Shown: positions 1 to 7,653 of the stretch, piece after piece
Layout: every line of letters starts with the position of its first letter
Numbering within the stretch: position 1 is the stretch's first letter
The notes under the pieces: model-generated
Seen by the model: only the letters and a program-made list of their open reading frames with translations
Databases searched by the model: none
Told to the model about the DNA's origin: nothing
Source: Candidatus Altimarinota bacterium
GTDB taxonomy: Bacteria; Patescibacteriota; Gracilibacteria; JANQMV01
DNA length: 40,000 nucleotides
Assembly: GCA_028279865.1 (NCBI GenBank)
Contig: JANQMV010000004.1
Span: 10,602-50,601, forward strand
Reading direction: 5' to 3'
Made by a program: the position numbers and the translations under genes

Positions 1-234
1 GAGATTCTACCATAATATTTTTATGAAATTTTAAAATATTTTTCTGTAAAATTCTGCAAAATTAGTTAATTTTTCTAGCTTAAAGTATTTCTTAGTTTTG
101 TAATTGTACACCATGTTTAATGTTTTTGCAACTTTTTTATTTGCCGACATTCTCTTGTCAACATAAAACATAAAATCACAAACCAGCATGTTTTTCCCTT
201 ACAACAAAATCATTGTACTCATAAAAAATGCTTA

Positions 235-265
235 CAAAAAAAACAGGCTCTCACCTGTTTTAATT
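235..265 (-). terminator. Putative rho-independent (bidirectional) terminator downstream of yebC
   Basis: Hairpin AACAGG(242-247)/CCTGTT(254-259) with a 6-nt loop. An A-run lies on one side and a T-run on the other. It starts ~20 nt past the yebC stop. Confidence 0.5.
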
Positions 266-285
266 TTTCCTTAATTTTAAAAAAA

Positions 286-1038
286 CTACATCAACTTCTC
301 CAAAACCTCACCCGGAATATCAAAATTACTATAAACCTCATTCACATCATCATCTTCCTCCAAAAGCTCAATCAAACGCAAAATCTTCCTCGCATCCTCC
401 TCGCTCTCAATCGCAATCGTATTCTCCGGCACCAAAGTTAGATCAGCACTAGTAAACTCAACACCATTTTCTTCAAGGTTTTTCTTCACCACTTCAAAAT
501 CATCCAGAGCAGTCGAAATTTCCAAAATATCACCATCCACAGCAACATCCTCCGCACCCGCATCAATCGCAAGCAGTTCAAGCTCTTCCTCATTTTTACC
601 AGATAAATCAACTGTCAAAACTCCTTTTTTATGAAACATCCAACCCACACAACCACTCTCCCCCATACTTCCCCCATTTTTACTTAAAATAGAACGCAAA
701 CTCGCCACAGTCCTATTTTTGTTATCAGTCAAACAAGAAATCATGATCGCAATGCCATTTGGACCATATCCTTCATAACTTACTTCCATAATTAACGCTC
801 CATCTTTAAGCTCGCCGGTTCCTCTCTTAACCGCACGCGTAATATTATCATTGGGCATATTTTCCGCTTTGGCTTTTTCAATCGCCAAGCGCAAACTCGG
901 ATTCATTTCAGGATCACCACCACCCTGCTGAGCGGCAATTGTAATCAATTTTGCGTGACGCGTAAAAATTTTACCGCGCTTCGCATCCGCCGCACCTTTT
1001 TTATGCCGAATTGAGTGCCACTTGGAATGACCGGACAT
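286..1038 (-). CDS. yebC: YebC/PmpR-family transcriptional regulator (TACO1 family)
   Basis: 250-aa ORF beginning MSGHSKWHSIRHKKGAADAKRGKIFT..., the characteristic YebC N-terminus. TAG stop. Confidence 0.9.
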   Translation of the reverse strand: MSGHSKWHSIRHKKGAADAKRGKIFTRHAKLITIAAQQGGGDPEMNPSLRLAIEKAKAENMPNDNITRAVKRGTGELKDGALIMEVSYEGYGPNGIAIMISCLTDNKNRTVASLRSILSKNGGSMGESGCVGWMFHKKGVLTVDLSGKNEEELELLAIDAGAEDVAVDGDILEISTALDDFEVVKKNLEENGVEFTSADLTLVPENTIAIESEEDARKILRLIELLEEDDDVNEVYSNFDIPGEVLEKLM

Positions 1039-1042
1039 AACT

Positions 1043-1055
1043 TTAGATTTTAGAA
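1043..1055 (-). promoter_or_regulatory. Conserved AU-rich motif TTCTAAAATCTAA, 4 nt upstream of the yebC ATG
   Basis: The same 13-mer recurs upstream of rpsR (1496-1508) and rpsJ (23463-23475). It contains TAAAAT, identical to the predicted tuf -10 hexamer. Confidence 0.35.
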
Positions 1056-1071
1056 AATCCTTCTCGGAGTC

Positions 1072-1092
1072 CCTCCCCTTACTAAGGGGAGG
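1072..1092. repeat. GC-rich hairpin CCTCCCCTT-act-AAGGGGAGG
   Basis: Perfect 9-bp stem read directly from the sequence. Intergenic, between rpsR and yebC. Confidence 0.6.
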
Positions 1093-1188
1093 CTAGGAGG
1101 GGTCGCAATGCTTAAGCCACCTCCAATCTAATGCATATCTTAGCAATCTACCTTCTTTTTTTCTTTCAAAACTTAAAAACCCTCTTTA

Positions 1189-1207
1189 TCTCCCTTGTTA
1201 AGGGAGA
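1189..1207. repeat. Hairpin TCTCCCTT-gtt-AAGGGAGA, related to the 1072-1092 hairpin
   Basis: Perfect 8-bp stem. Lies ~65 nt downstream of the rpsR stop on the minus strand, so it may act as a terminator. Confidence 0.5.
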
Positions 1208-1271
1208 CTAGTCCTTAACGGAACACTCTTTCACCAAACTACCAACTACCTTCTTCGCTACCCGCTACAAA

Positions 1272-1484
1272 CTAGCGTGTAAAAGGTAATAATCCCATAA
1301 ATCTTGCTCTTTTGATTGAACGAGCAAGCATTTTTTGGTGTCTGAGACATACTCCGCTATAGTACCTTTTCTTGATTTTCGCAAAATAATTAATGTACGG
1401 ATAAAGCAGACTTAAATTTTTGTAGTCAATAACATCTCTTTTCTCCACACAAAACTGACATTTCTTATTAATTAATTTAGCCAT
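1272..1484 (-). CDS. rpsR: 30S ribosomal protein S18 (bS18)
   Basis: 70-aa ORF with the S18-type C-terminal core ...RHQKMLARSIKRARFMGLLPF. Adjacent to rpsF. TAG stop. Confidence 0.9.
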   Translation of the reverse strand: MAKLINKKCQFCVEKRDVIDYKNLSLLYPYINYFAKIKKRYYSGVCLRHQKMLARSIKRARFMGLLPFTR

Positions 1485-1495
1485 AATATTAAAAC

Positions 1496-1508
1496 TTAGA
1501 TTTTAGAA
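1496..1508 (-). promoter_or_regulatory. Conserved AU-rich motif TTCTAAAATCTAA, 11 nt upstream of the rpsR ATG
   Basis: Exact 13-mer copy of the motif upstream of yebC and rpsJ. Confidence 0.35.
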
Positions 1509-1534
1509 TAATAGAACTTAGAATATCTTCTGCC

Positions 1535-1632
1535 ATCCTGAACTTAGTTTACGAAGTGAAGGATCTCTGTGCTGACATTACATTTGCCCTTAACTCAGCG
1601 GGAGATTCTTCGTCGTACCTCCTCAGAATGAC
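1535..1632. repeat. Composite intergenic repeat, copy 1 (ATCCTGAA...GAAGGAT module plus GATTCTTCG...CTCAGAATGAC module)
   Basis: Both modules recur in the same order at 10452-10596. A split variant lies at 4908-5011. Each module is a short inverted repeat. Confidence 0.6.
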
Positions 1633-1643
1633 ATATACTTTTC

Positions 1644-2210
1644 TTAGAGGTCAATATCTTCAGCAATAATTTTGCTCAATTTCTCATCAAATTTAGCATC
1701 AACCTTCTCATTGTCTGCTTGAGGAGATTGAGCTTTTTTTTCTTCCTGAATGGATTCTTCTATTTTGCGAATCATTTTCTTTTCTTTACGGTGAGCCTTG
1801 AGCTCAAATTTCTCTTTCTCTTTCTTTTTCTTTTCTTGGTCTGCGCGGGCTTTTTCAACTTTTTTTGCTTCACGTCGCACTCTTTCTTCTTCAATAGATT
1901 CAGCAAAAGCTTTATCTGTCGAACCTTTTGGCGGGATAGTAATCAGATACCTTAAAATTTCTTTTTTGAGCCTTAGGACTGTCTCGAATTCAGGTAAAAC
2001 CACCGGATCAATGTTGAATTTATAAACAACATAAAAACCTTCTTCCTGATTTTCGATAGGGTAAGCAAGCTCCCTCCTCCCCCATAAGTCTTCAAAAGTG
2101 ATTTCACCTTTGACACTTTCAAGTTCGCTCTTGAAATCGGCAAGAGCTTTTTCGATTTCCACTTCTGGTAAGTCTCCACTAACCAAAAGCATGATTTCAT
2201 AGTTTCTCAT
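1644..2210 (-). CDS. rpsF: 30S ribosomal protein S6 (bS6) with a long K/E-rich C-terminal extension
   Basis: 188-aa ORF. The N-terminal ~95 aa (MRNYEIMLLV...YLITIPP) is S6-like. The C-terminal ~90 aa is low-complexity Lys/Glu. TAA stop. Confidence 0.85.
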   Translation of the reverse strand: MRNYEIMLLVSGDLPEVEIEKALADFKSELESVKGEITFEDLWGRRELAYPIENQEEGFYVVYKFNIDPVVLPEFETVLRLKKEILRYLITIPPKGSTDKAFAESIEEERVRREAKKVEKARADQEKKKKEKEKFELKAHRKEKKMIRKIEESIQEEKKAQSPQADNEKVDAKFDEKLSKIIAEDIDL

Positions 2211-2531
2211 GATTATAAGCTTTTATGGATAAAAATACGCCTTAACTCTTGGTCAAAACGAAAAGCGGATGGATTTTAAAGGATTTAGAGCTTAAATGCA
2301 AGGAGAAATTACAATTTTTCTATTAGAACTATCCTTCCGGCTTATCCGGAATTTTAAACCATGAGTTATGCTTTTATTTAAAAAACTTTTGGCTATAGAT
2401 TTTCGACAGGTAAGAAAGAGCATTGAGGTACATTTCTCTGCAAAATTATTTTGACTAAAAATTGCAATAAAGTTAGCATGTGGATGCTTGAAATTTTCTT
2501 TCTAAATTTATAAACCTAACTCAATCAAATT

Positions 2532-2720
2532 ATGCAAGCTACTGTGAATCAAGATTTATGTATCGGCTGTGGAATTTGTGTAAATATGTGTCCGGGCTGT
2601 TTTGAAATGAAGGATGATATGAAATCATACGTGATTGAAGGATCTGACTGTTCTACCGAAGGATGTTGTGAACAAGCTGCCGGTTCTTGTCCTGTTCAAG
2701 CAATTGAGATCAGTGAATAA
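2532..2720 (+). CDS. Small 4Fe-4S ferredoxin
   Basis: 62-aa ORF with a CIGCGICVNMCP motif and a distal CP (SCPVQAI), as in single-cluster ferredoxins. Confidence 0.8.
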   Translation: MQATVNQDLCIGCGICVNMCPGCFEMKDDMKSYVIEGSDCSTEGCCEQAAGSCPVQAIEISE

Positions 2721-2808
2721 TTACTTTTTTTAAGATAAAATTTGTGGAAATTTGCATACTGTACAACACTTTTTTAAAGTGCTTGGTATTTAACCTCCCT
2801 TTATTAAA

Positions 2809-3972
2809 ATGATTTATTTAGACTACGCTGCAACTACACCGACCGATCAAGAGGTGCTCAAGGCAATGGAACCTTTTTTCACGAAAAAATTTGGAAATCC
2901 GTCTTCCTTGCATATGCTTGGTCAGAAAGCCAAAGGAGAACTTGAGAGTACTCGTCAAAAAATTGCGGAAGAATTAGCCTGTCTACCGGAAGAAATTATC
3001 TTCACATCAGGAGGAACCGAGAGTGATAATTTGGCAATTAAAGGAGTGTTGGAAGCAAAAGGTAAGCCTGCGACAGAAAAGAAACGCGGACATATGATCA
3101 CAACTCAAATTGAGCATCATGCGGTTCTGCATACTTGTGAAGATATGGCTAAACGTGGATTTGATGTCACTTATCTACCGGTTGATCAAAACGGGGTGAT
3201 TAGCCTCAAACAGCTGGAAGAAGCGATTCGAGAAGATACATTGCTGATCTCAATCATGACTGCCAACAATGAGATTGGTGTTATTCAGCCTATTACAAAA
3301 ATTGGTAGAATTGCAAATAAACATAAAATTCCCTTCCATACAGACGCAGTTCAGGCGGGAGGAACTTTTGATTTAAAAGTTGATCATTTAAAGGTTGACC
3401 TACTCTCTCTGTCTGCTCATAAATTTTATGGACCTAAAGGCGTGGGACTGCTGTATGTCCGTAAAGGGATGCGCATCAAACCCCAACAAATTGGAGGTTC
3501 TCAGGAGATGAATCGCCGTGCGTCCACAGAAAATATTCCCGGAATCATTGGTTTAGCCAAGGCTTTGGAAATAGCAAATAAGAGGAAGGAGGATGAAAAC
3601 AAACGTTTGATTAAATTACGTGATTATTTTATCCAAGAAGCCCTCAAACATCTGCCAGACACAAGATTAAACGGACACCCCACCGAAAGATTGCCCAACA
3701 ATGTCAATATTGCTGTGGGTAAGATCGAAGGAGAGTCCCTGCTTTTGCGCCTTGATATGATGGGAATTGCTTGCTCTTCAGGCTCTGCTTGTGCTTCAGG
3801 CTCTCTGGATCCTTCGCATGTGCTTTTAGCAATTGGGCTACCTCATGAAATTGCTCAGGGAAGTTTACGCTTTTCCTTGGGGAAAGATACAACCAAATCC
3901 GATATTGATAAAACTTTGGAAATTTTGAAAAAAGTGGTAAGTGACTTAAGGGCGATGTCGCCTTTGGTTTAA
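2809..3972 (+). CDS. nifS: Cysteine desulfurase (NifS/IscS class, PLP-dependent)
   Basis: 387-aa ORF with the PLP-lysine motif SLSAHKFYGPKG and the active-site loop SSGSACASG. Confidence 0.9.
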   Translation: MIYLDYAATTPTDQEVLKAMEPFFTKKFGNPSSLHMLGQKAKGELESTRQKIAEELACLPEEIIFTSGGTESDNLAIKGVLEAKGKPATEKKRGHMITTQIEHHAVLHTCEDMAKRGFDVTYLPVDQNGVISLKQLEEAIREDTLLISIMTANNEIGVIQPITKIGRIANKHKIPFHTDAVQAGGTFDLKVDHLKVDLLSLSAHKFYGPKGVGLLYVRKGMRIKPQQIGGSQEMNRRASTENIPGIIGLAKALEIANKRKEDENKRLIKLRDYFIQEALKHLPDTRLNGHPTERLPNNVNIAVGKIEGESLLLRLDMMGIACSSGSACASGSLDPSHVLLAIGLPHEIAQGSLRFSLGKDTTKSDIDKTLEILKKVVSDLRAMSPLV

Positions 3973-4027
3973 CCCATACCACCCCGTAGGGGACAGCCAT
4001 GGCTGTCCCCTACGGGGTGGTATGGGT
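3972..4027. terminator. Perfect 56-bp GC-rich palindrome; likely bidirectional terminator between convergent nifS and deacetylase genes
   Basis: ACCCATACCACCCCGTAGGGGACAGCCA | TGGCTGTCCCCTACGGGGTGGTATGGGT: 28-bp arms with no mismatch, centred on CCATGG. Overlaps the last base of the nifS TAA stop (3970-3972) at one end and stops 3 nt short of the deacetylase stop at the other. Confidence 0.6.
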
Positions 4028-4030
4028 ATT

Positions 4031-4858
4031 TTATTTAACTTCAAACCAAATCTTTAACGATGCAATTCCAGTTGTAGGGAAGATACGCACTGTTGGAATT
4101 TGGTATCTTTCAAGCACAGAAAAATCTTTGCCCGGATTAGTCGTGCGCGCAAATAAATAATTTTCCTTTGCCGTTTTCAAAACTCTCTCGTCATACTTCC
4201 CCGCAGGATAGCAAAAAGATATAACAGGTCTTCCAATCTTTTCCTCAATAATTTCCTTGGATCTCTCAAGTTCGTATTTTATTTCTGCTTCAGACAGATT
4301 CGTTAAATTAAGATGAGACATGGTATGCGAAGCAATTTCCTGCCCATTTTGAGACATTTCCTGAATCTGGTCCCATGTTGCGTAGTTTTGATCCTGATCG
4401 GGCTTATTTACGATTATAAAAAACACACCTCGCATATTGTACTTTTTAAGTATTTGAAAAGCATTGTGATAATGATCTATGTGACCGTCATCAAAAGTTA
4501 ATATAACGGCTTTTTCAGGAAGTTCTTTTTTGTTTTCAAGGATATTCTTCAAATCCCAAAACGTCAGTGTTTTTATATTGTTTTCCTGAAAAAAACTCAG
4601 GAATTGCTCTAACTTTTCCGGTGAAAAAGAGAGCTTGTAGCCAACTTGGTCAGGACTATCTGAAGGTACATTTTTGATATAGTGAAACATAAAAGTCGGC
4701 AGATATGCTTTGAAATTAAAATTCTCCGCAGGGATGTTTAAAGTTGCCTCTAACTTTTCATTTTCTATCTGCTTAGCATCATTTACAACTGAATCCTTCG
4801 AGCTGCTACACCCCGCTAAAAGTAAAATTATGCTTAAAATTGAGAGAGACTTTTTCAT
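4031..4858 (-). CDS. Polysaccharide deacetylase (NodB homology domain) lipoprotein
   Basis: 275-aa ORF. Signal peptide with lipobox LLLAGC. NodB motifs TFDDGH and HTMSH. Confidence 0.8.
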   Translation of the reverse strand: MKKSLSILSIILLLAGCSSSKDSVVNDAKQIENEKLEATLNIPAENFNFKAYLPTFMFHYIKNVPSDSPDQVGYKLSFSPEKLEQFLSFFQENNIKTLTFWDLKNILENKKELPEKAVILTFDDGHIDHYHNAFQILKKYNMRGVFFIIVNKPDQDQNYATWDQIQEMSQNGQEIASHTMSHLNLTNLSEAEIKYELERSKEIIEEKIGRPVISFCYPAGKYDERVLKTAKENYLFARTTNPGKDFSVLERYQIPTVRIFPTTGIASLKIWFEVK

Positions 4859-4907
4859 GGTTTGGAAAGGTTGATTCTTTTGTATTATAGCTAATTGAGG
4901 TTAAGCT

Positions 4908-5011
4908 GTCATTCCGACCGAAGCGTTTAAAAGCGGTTAAAGCTTTAGTTGGACAAATTGTAAGCTTCTATATTCATAATTTACAAACTGTGAGCGGAGT
5001 GGAGGAATCTC
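4908..5011. repeat. Split copy of the GTCATTCNGA...GAGGAATCTC intergenic repeat
   Basis: GTCATTCCGACCGAAGCG (4908-4925) and TGAGCGGAGTGGAGGAATCTC (4991-5011) are separated by ~65 nt. Related to the modules at 1604-1632 and 10550-10596 in the opposite orientation. Confidence 0.45.
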
Positions 5012-5271
5012 TTTAAGCAAATTGTTTTTATAACCCGTAAATGTGAGCTTAATAAAACTCAATAGCACTCACTTGCTACACAATGCTCGTTGGCATAATG
5101 GATGATAACAGGAAGGATAAAGTCCCTAGCTTAGTGCTCCTTCTCGCATTGATGTGTGGTAAAGGATAAGGGGATCCTTTTCCAGAAATAAACTGGTCAA
5201 GAACATAATCTACAAAATAAGGACAACAGCTTGGTTTATACAAAAAGATAATGTCCTATCCTTTAATGTAT

Positions 5272-5300
5272 AAAAAAAACGAACCAAATGGTTCGTTTTT
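5272..5300 (-). terminator. Rho-independent terminator ending the ribosomal-protein cluster
   Basis: AACGAACC-aaat-GGTTCGTT hairpin. On the minus strand an 8-nt T-run follows it. It lies ~20 nt downstream of the rpsI stop. Confidence 0.7.
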
Positions 5301-5321
5301 AATTTCACTATCAATCCTATC

Positions 5322-5729
5322 CTAACGTTTAGCCCATTGTGGAGAGCGACGCGCTTTCTTTAAGCCCGGCTTCTTTCTTTCTTTTACTCTCGAATCTCTG
5401 ATTAAAAAACCAGCTTTTTTTAGAGTCGGTCTGTTGAGCATATCAGCTTCTACCAAAGCTTTTGAGATACCATGCCTTACCGCTTCAGCTTGAGATGATT
5501 TACCTCCTCCTTGAACTTTAACTGATAAGTCATAAGCTTTAGTCTTGCCAACAAGTTTTAGTGGTGCCTTAACCAAACCGATTAAAACTCCATAAAAGTA
5601 TTCTTCCATAGGCTGCTCGTTCACCACAACTTTGCCCGTTCCATTTTCAATTAAACGAACACTTGCAATTGAAGTTTTACGTTTTCCACAAGCGTAGTGA
5701 TATTTTTGAGTTGTTGCTTTTGTTGCCAT
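5322..5729 (-). CDS. rpsI: 30S ribosomal protein S9 (uS9)
   Basis: 135-aa ORF ending ...KKARRSPQWAKR, the typical S9 C-terminus. Follows rplM. Confidence 0.9.
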   Translation of the reverse strand: MATKATTQKYHYACGKRKTSIASVRLIENGTGKVVVNEQPMEEYFYGVLIGLVKAPLKLVGKTKAYDLSVKVQGGGKSSQAEAVRHGISKALVEADMLNRPTLKKAGFLIRDSRVKERKKPGLKKARRSPQWAKR

Positions 5730-5749
5730 TAATTAACGATAATAAAAAA

Positions 5750-6184
5750 TTAAGATATTTTTAATTCAATCGGTTTTTGAGATTCGTGTTCATGTTCTGC
5801 GTCAGCAAATAATTTTAACTTCGACATGATTGGTTTTTTAAGACGATTGGCAGGAATCATACCGGCAATTGCTGCTTGCATTGCCTTAAGAGGGTGTTTT
5901 TCTTGCATTCTTTTTAAGGGTATTTCTTTTAGATTACCCAGCTTACCCGAATGTCTGTAGTATTTTTTTTGGTCTAATTTTTGACCAGTCACTCTATAAT
6001 GCGCAGCATTAATTACAATAACATAATCCCCATCATCCAAATGCGGAACGTAATCTACATTGTGTTTTCCTCTTAATAATTTTGCCGCCTCAACCGCAAC
6101 TTTACCCAAAACCTTATCCTTAGCATCAATGATGTACCATTTTTTATCTGCCTTATTTAGATTCTTCTTGAATGTTGTTTTCAT
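5750..6184 (-). CDS. rplM: 50S ribosomal protein L13 (uL13)
   Basis: 144-aa ORF (KKWYIIDAKDKVLGKVA...) in the conserved rplM-rpsI pair. Confidence 0.9.
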   Translation of the reverse strand: MKTTFKKNLNKADKKWYIIDAKDKVLGKVAVEAAKLLRGKHNVDYVPHLDDGDYVIVINAAHYRVTGQKLDQKKYYRHSGKLGNLKEIPLKRMQEKHPLKAMQAAIAGMIPANRLKKPIMSKLKLFADAEHEHESQKPIELKIS

Positions 6185-6202
6185 AATAACCTTAAACTTT
6201 AA

Positions 6203-6556
6203 TTATACTAATTCTAATTTAACCATTGGTGCATTGTCTCCGGCACGCGGACCTAATTCTGAAATACGCGTAAAACCAGACTGTCTGTCTTTATATTTTT
6301 TGGCAATTTCTTGCATTAATTTTCTTGAAGCATTTTTATCAAGTAAGTATTTGTTAATATAACGAACTGCGTTCATCGCATCTTTTGTTTTCACCGCTGT
6401 AATCATTTTTTCCACCATTGGACCGGCTAATTTTGCTTTTGCTTTCGTCGTCTTAACTCCATCGTATAAAATAACGGATGTAGCAAGGTTACGAACTAAT
6501 AACTCACGAGGAGATTTTTTTCGATTCAAGCGTTTTTTTTGTACTCTGTGTCTCAT
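6203..6556 (-). CDS. rplQ: 50S ribosomal protein L17 (bL17)
   Basis: 117-aa ORF starting MRHRVQKKRLNRKKSPRELLVRNL. Directly follows rpoA. Confidence 0.9.
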   Translation of the reverse strand: MRHRVQKKRLNRKKSPRELLVRNLATSVILYDGVKTTKAKAKLAGPMVEKMITAVKTKDAMNAVRYINKYLLDKNASRKLMQEIAKKYKDRQSGFTRISELGPRAGDNAPMVKLELV

Positions 6557-6610
6557 ATCTTAACTAAATAAATTATAATAAACCTTGTAGTTATTTTTTT
6601 AGGAAAAAAA

Positions 6611-7594
6611 CTATTCTTCTCCTTCTAAAGCCATTCCTCTGCTTTTTAAGACGCTTCTGATTTCTGTCATTGCCTTTTTCCCAAAACCTCTAAAGTCAGA
6701 TAGTTGAACCTCATTTGTTTTGAGTAATTGTTCAACAGAACCAACTCCTCCATTGATAAGCGAATTCAATGTTCTTGGAGAGAGGTTCAAAATTTCAATT
6801 GGAGTATAAGCTTCTTTCTTTTCTTCTTCTTCCTCTTCTTTAATTGCTGCAGCGGTTGCAACCGTTTTAGCATCTGTGATAAAGTCATCTTCAACCACAA
6901 CTTCCTCTTGATTGAAAATAACAAAGTAAGATTTTAATAAATTAGATGAAAATTTCAGTGCATCTTCCGGAGAAATAGTACCGTCAGTTTCAATTTCAAT
7001 CTCTAATTTGTCCAGATTCGTCATTTGACCTACACGTGTTGCCTTGGTTTCATAACGGACCTTTCTAACAGGTGTATAGATTGCATCCATCAAAATCATA
7101 TCGGCATTATCGTCATTTTTGATTCTTTCTTTAATCGGAACATACCCCACACCTTTCTCTACTAACATTTCCATCTTCAGTTTCGCACTTTTCTTGTCTA
7201 AGAAAGTGATTTCTTGATCTTTGTTTAAAATTTCAATATCAGCTGATGTTTTGATGTCAGCAGCAGTAACTCGACCTTCTCCTTTAAATTCCAACGTGAT
7301 TTTTTCCGCCTCTTTGCTATGTTTCTTTATATTCAGCAATTTCAAGTTCAAAATAATATCCAAAACAGTGTCACGTACTCCTGGTACATTACTGTATTCG
7401 TGACTTGCTCCTTCAACCTTGATCGCAGTAATTGCTGCACCAGGTAAAGATGAGAGTAATACTCTGCGCAAAGAGTTTCCTAATGTCATACCATAACCGG
7501 GAGGTAATGGTCCCACTGAGAAAACTGCAGTTGTGTCACCTACTGAGGTAACTTTCACTTTGGGCAAACCAATTTCTTCTTGAAGAATATGCAT
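6611..7594 (-). CDS. rpoA: DNA-directed RNA polymerase alpha subunit
   Basis: 327-aa ORF with an N-terminal dimerisation domain, an acidic linker (EEEEEEKKE) and a C-terminal HhH domain (IEILNLSPRTLNSL). Follows rpsD. Confidence 0.9.
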   Translation of the reverse strand: MHILQEEIGLPKVKVTSVGDTTAVFSVGPLPPGYGMTLGNSLRRVLLSSLPGAAITAIKVEGASHEYSNVPGVRDTVLDIILNLKLLNIKKHSKEAEKITLEFKGEGRVTAADIKTSADIEILNKDQEITFLDKKSAKLKMEMLVEKGVGYVPIKERIKNDDNADMILMDAIYTPVRKVRYETKATRVGQMTNLDKLEIEIETDGTISPEDALKFSSNLLKSYFVIFNQEEVVVEDDFITDAKTVATAAAIKEEEEEEKKEAYTPIEILNLSPRTLNSLINGGVGSVEQLLKTNEVQLSDFRGFGKKAMTEIRSVLKSRGMALEGEE

Positions 7595-7653
7595 AGTTTA
7601 GAATTAAATAAAAAAACAAGATTTTAATCCTCAAATTAAAACAAGAATTAAAA

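Noticed and set aside
31-150. 39-aa basic ORF on the minus strand (MSANKKVAKTLNMVYNYKTKKYFKLEKLTNFAEFYRKIF)
   Set aside because: It is short, resembles none of the small ribosomal proteins I compared it with (L34, L35, S21), and has no supporting signals. I cannot support it as a gene.
1719-2200. ORFs 1719-1955 (+), 1798-2025 (+) and 1973-2200 (-) overlapping rpsF
   Set aside because: They are Phe/Leu/Ser-rich low-complexity translations, antisense to or out of frame with the K/E-rich S6 tail. They are spurious.
3704-4000. Minus-strand ORF 3704-4000 (98 aa)
   Set aside because: It is antisense to the 3' end of nifS, and its start lies inside the 56-bp palindrome. It is an artefact.
5110-5130. 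GGATAAAGTCCCTAGC as the RNase P RNA CR-I (GAGGAAAGTCCGGGC) motif
   Set aside because: Only a ~7-nt match. None of the other conserved RNase P regions is visible nearby on either strand.
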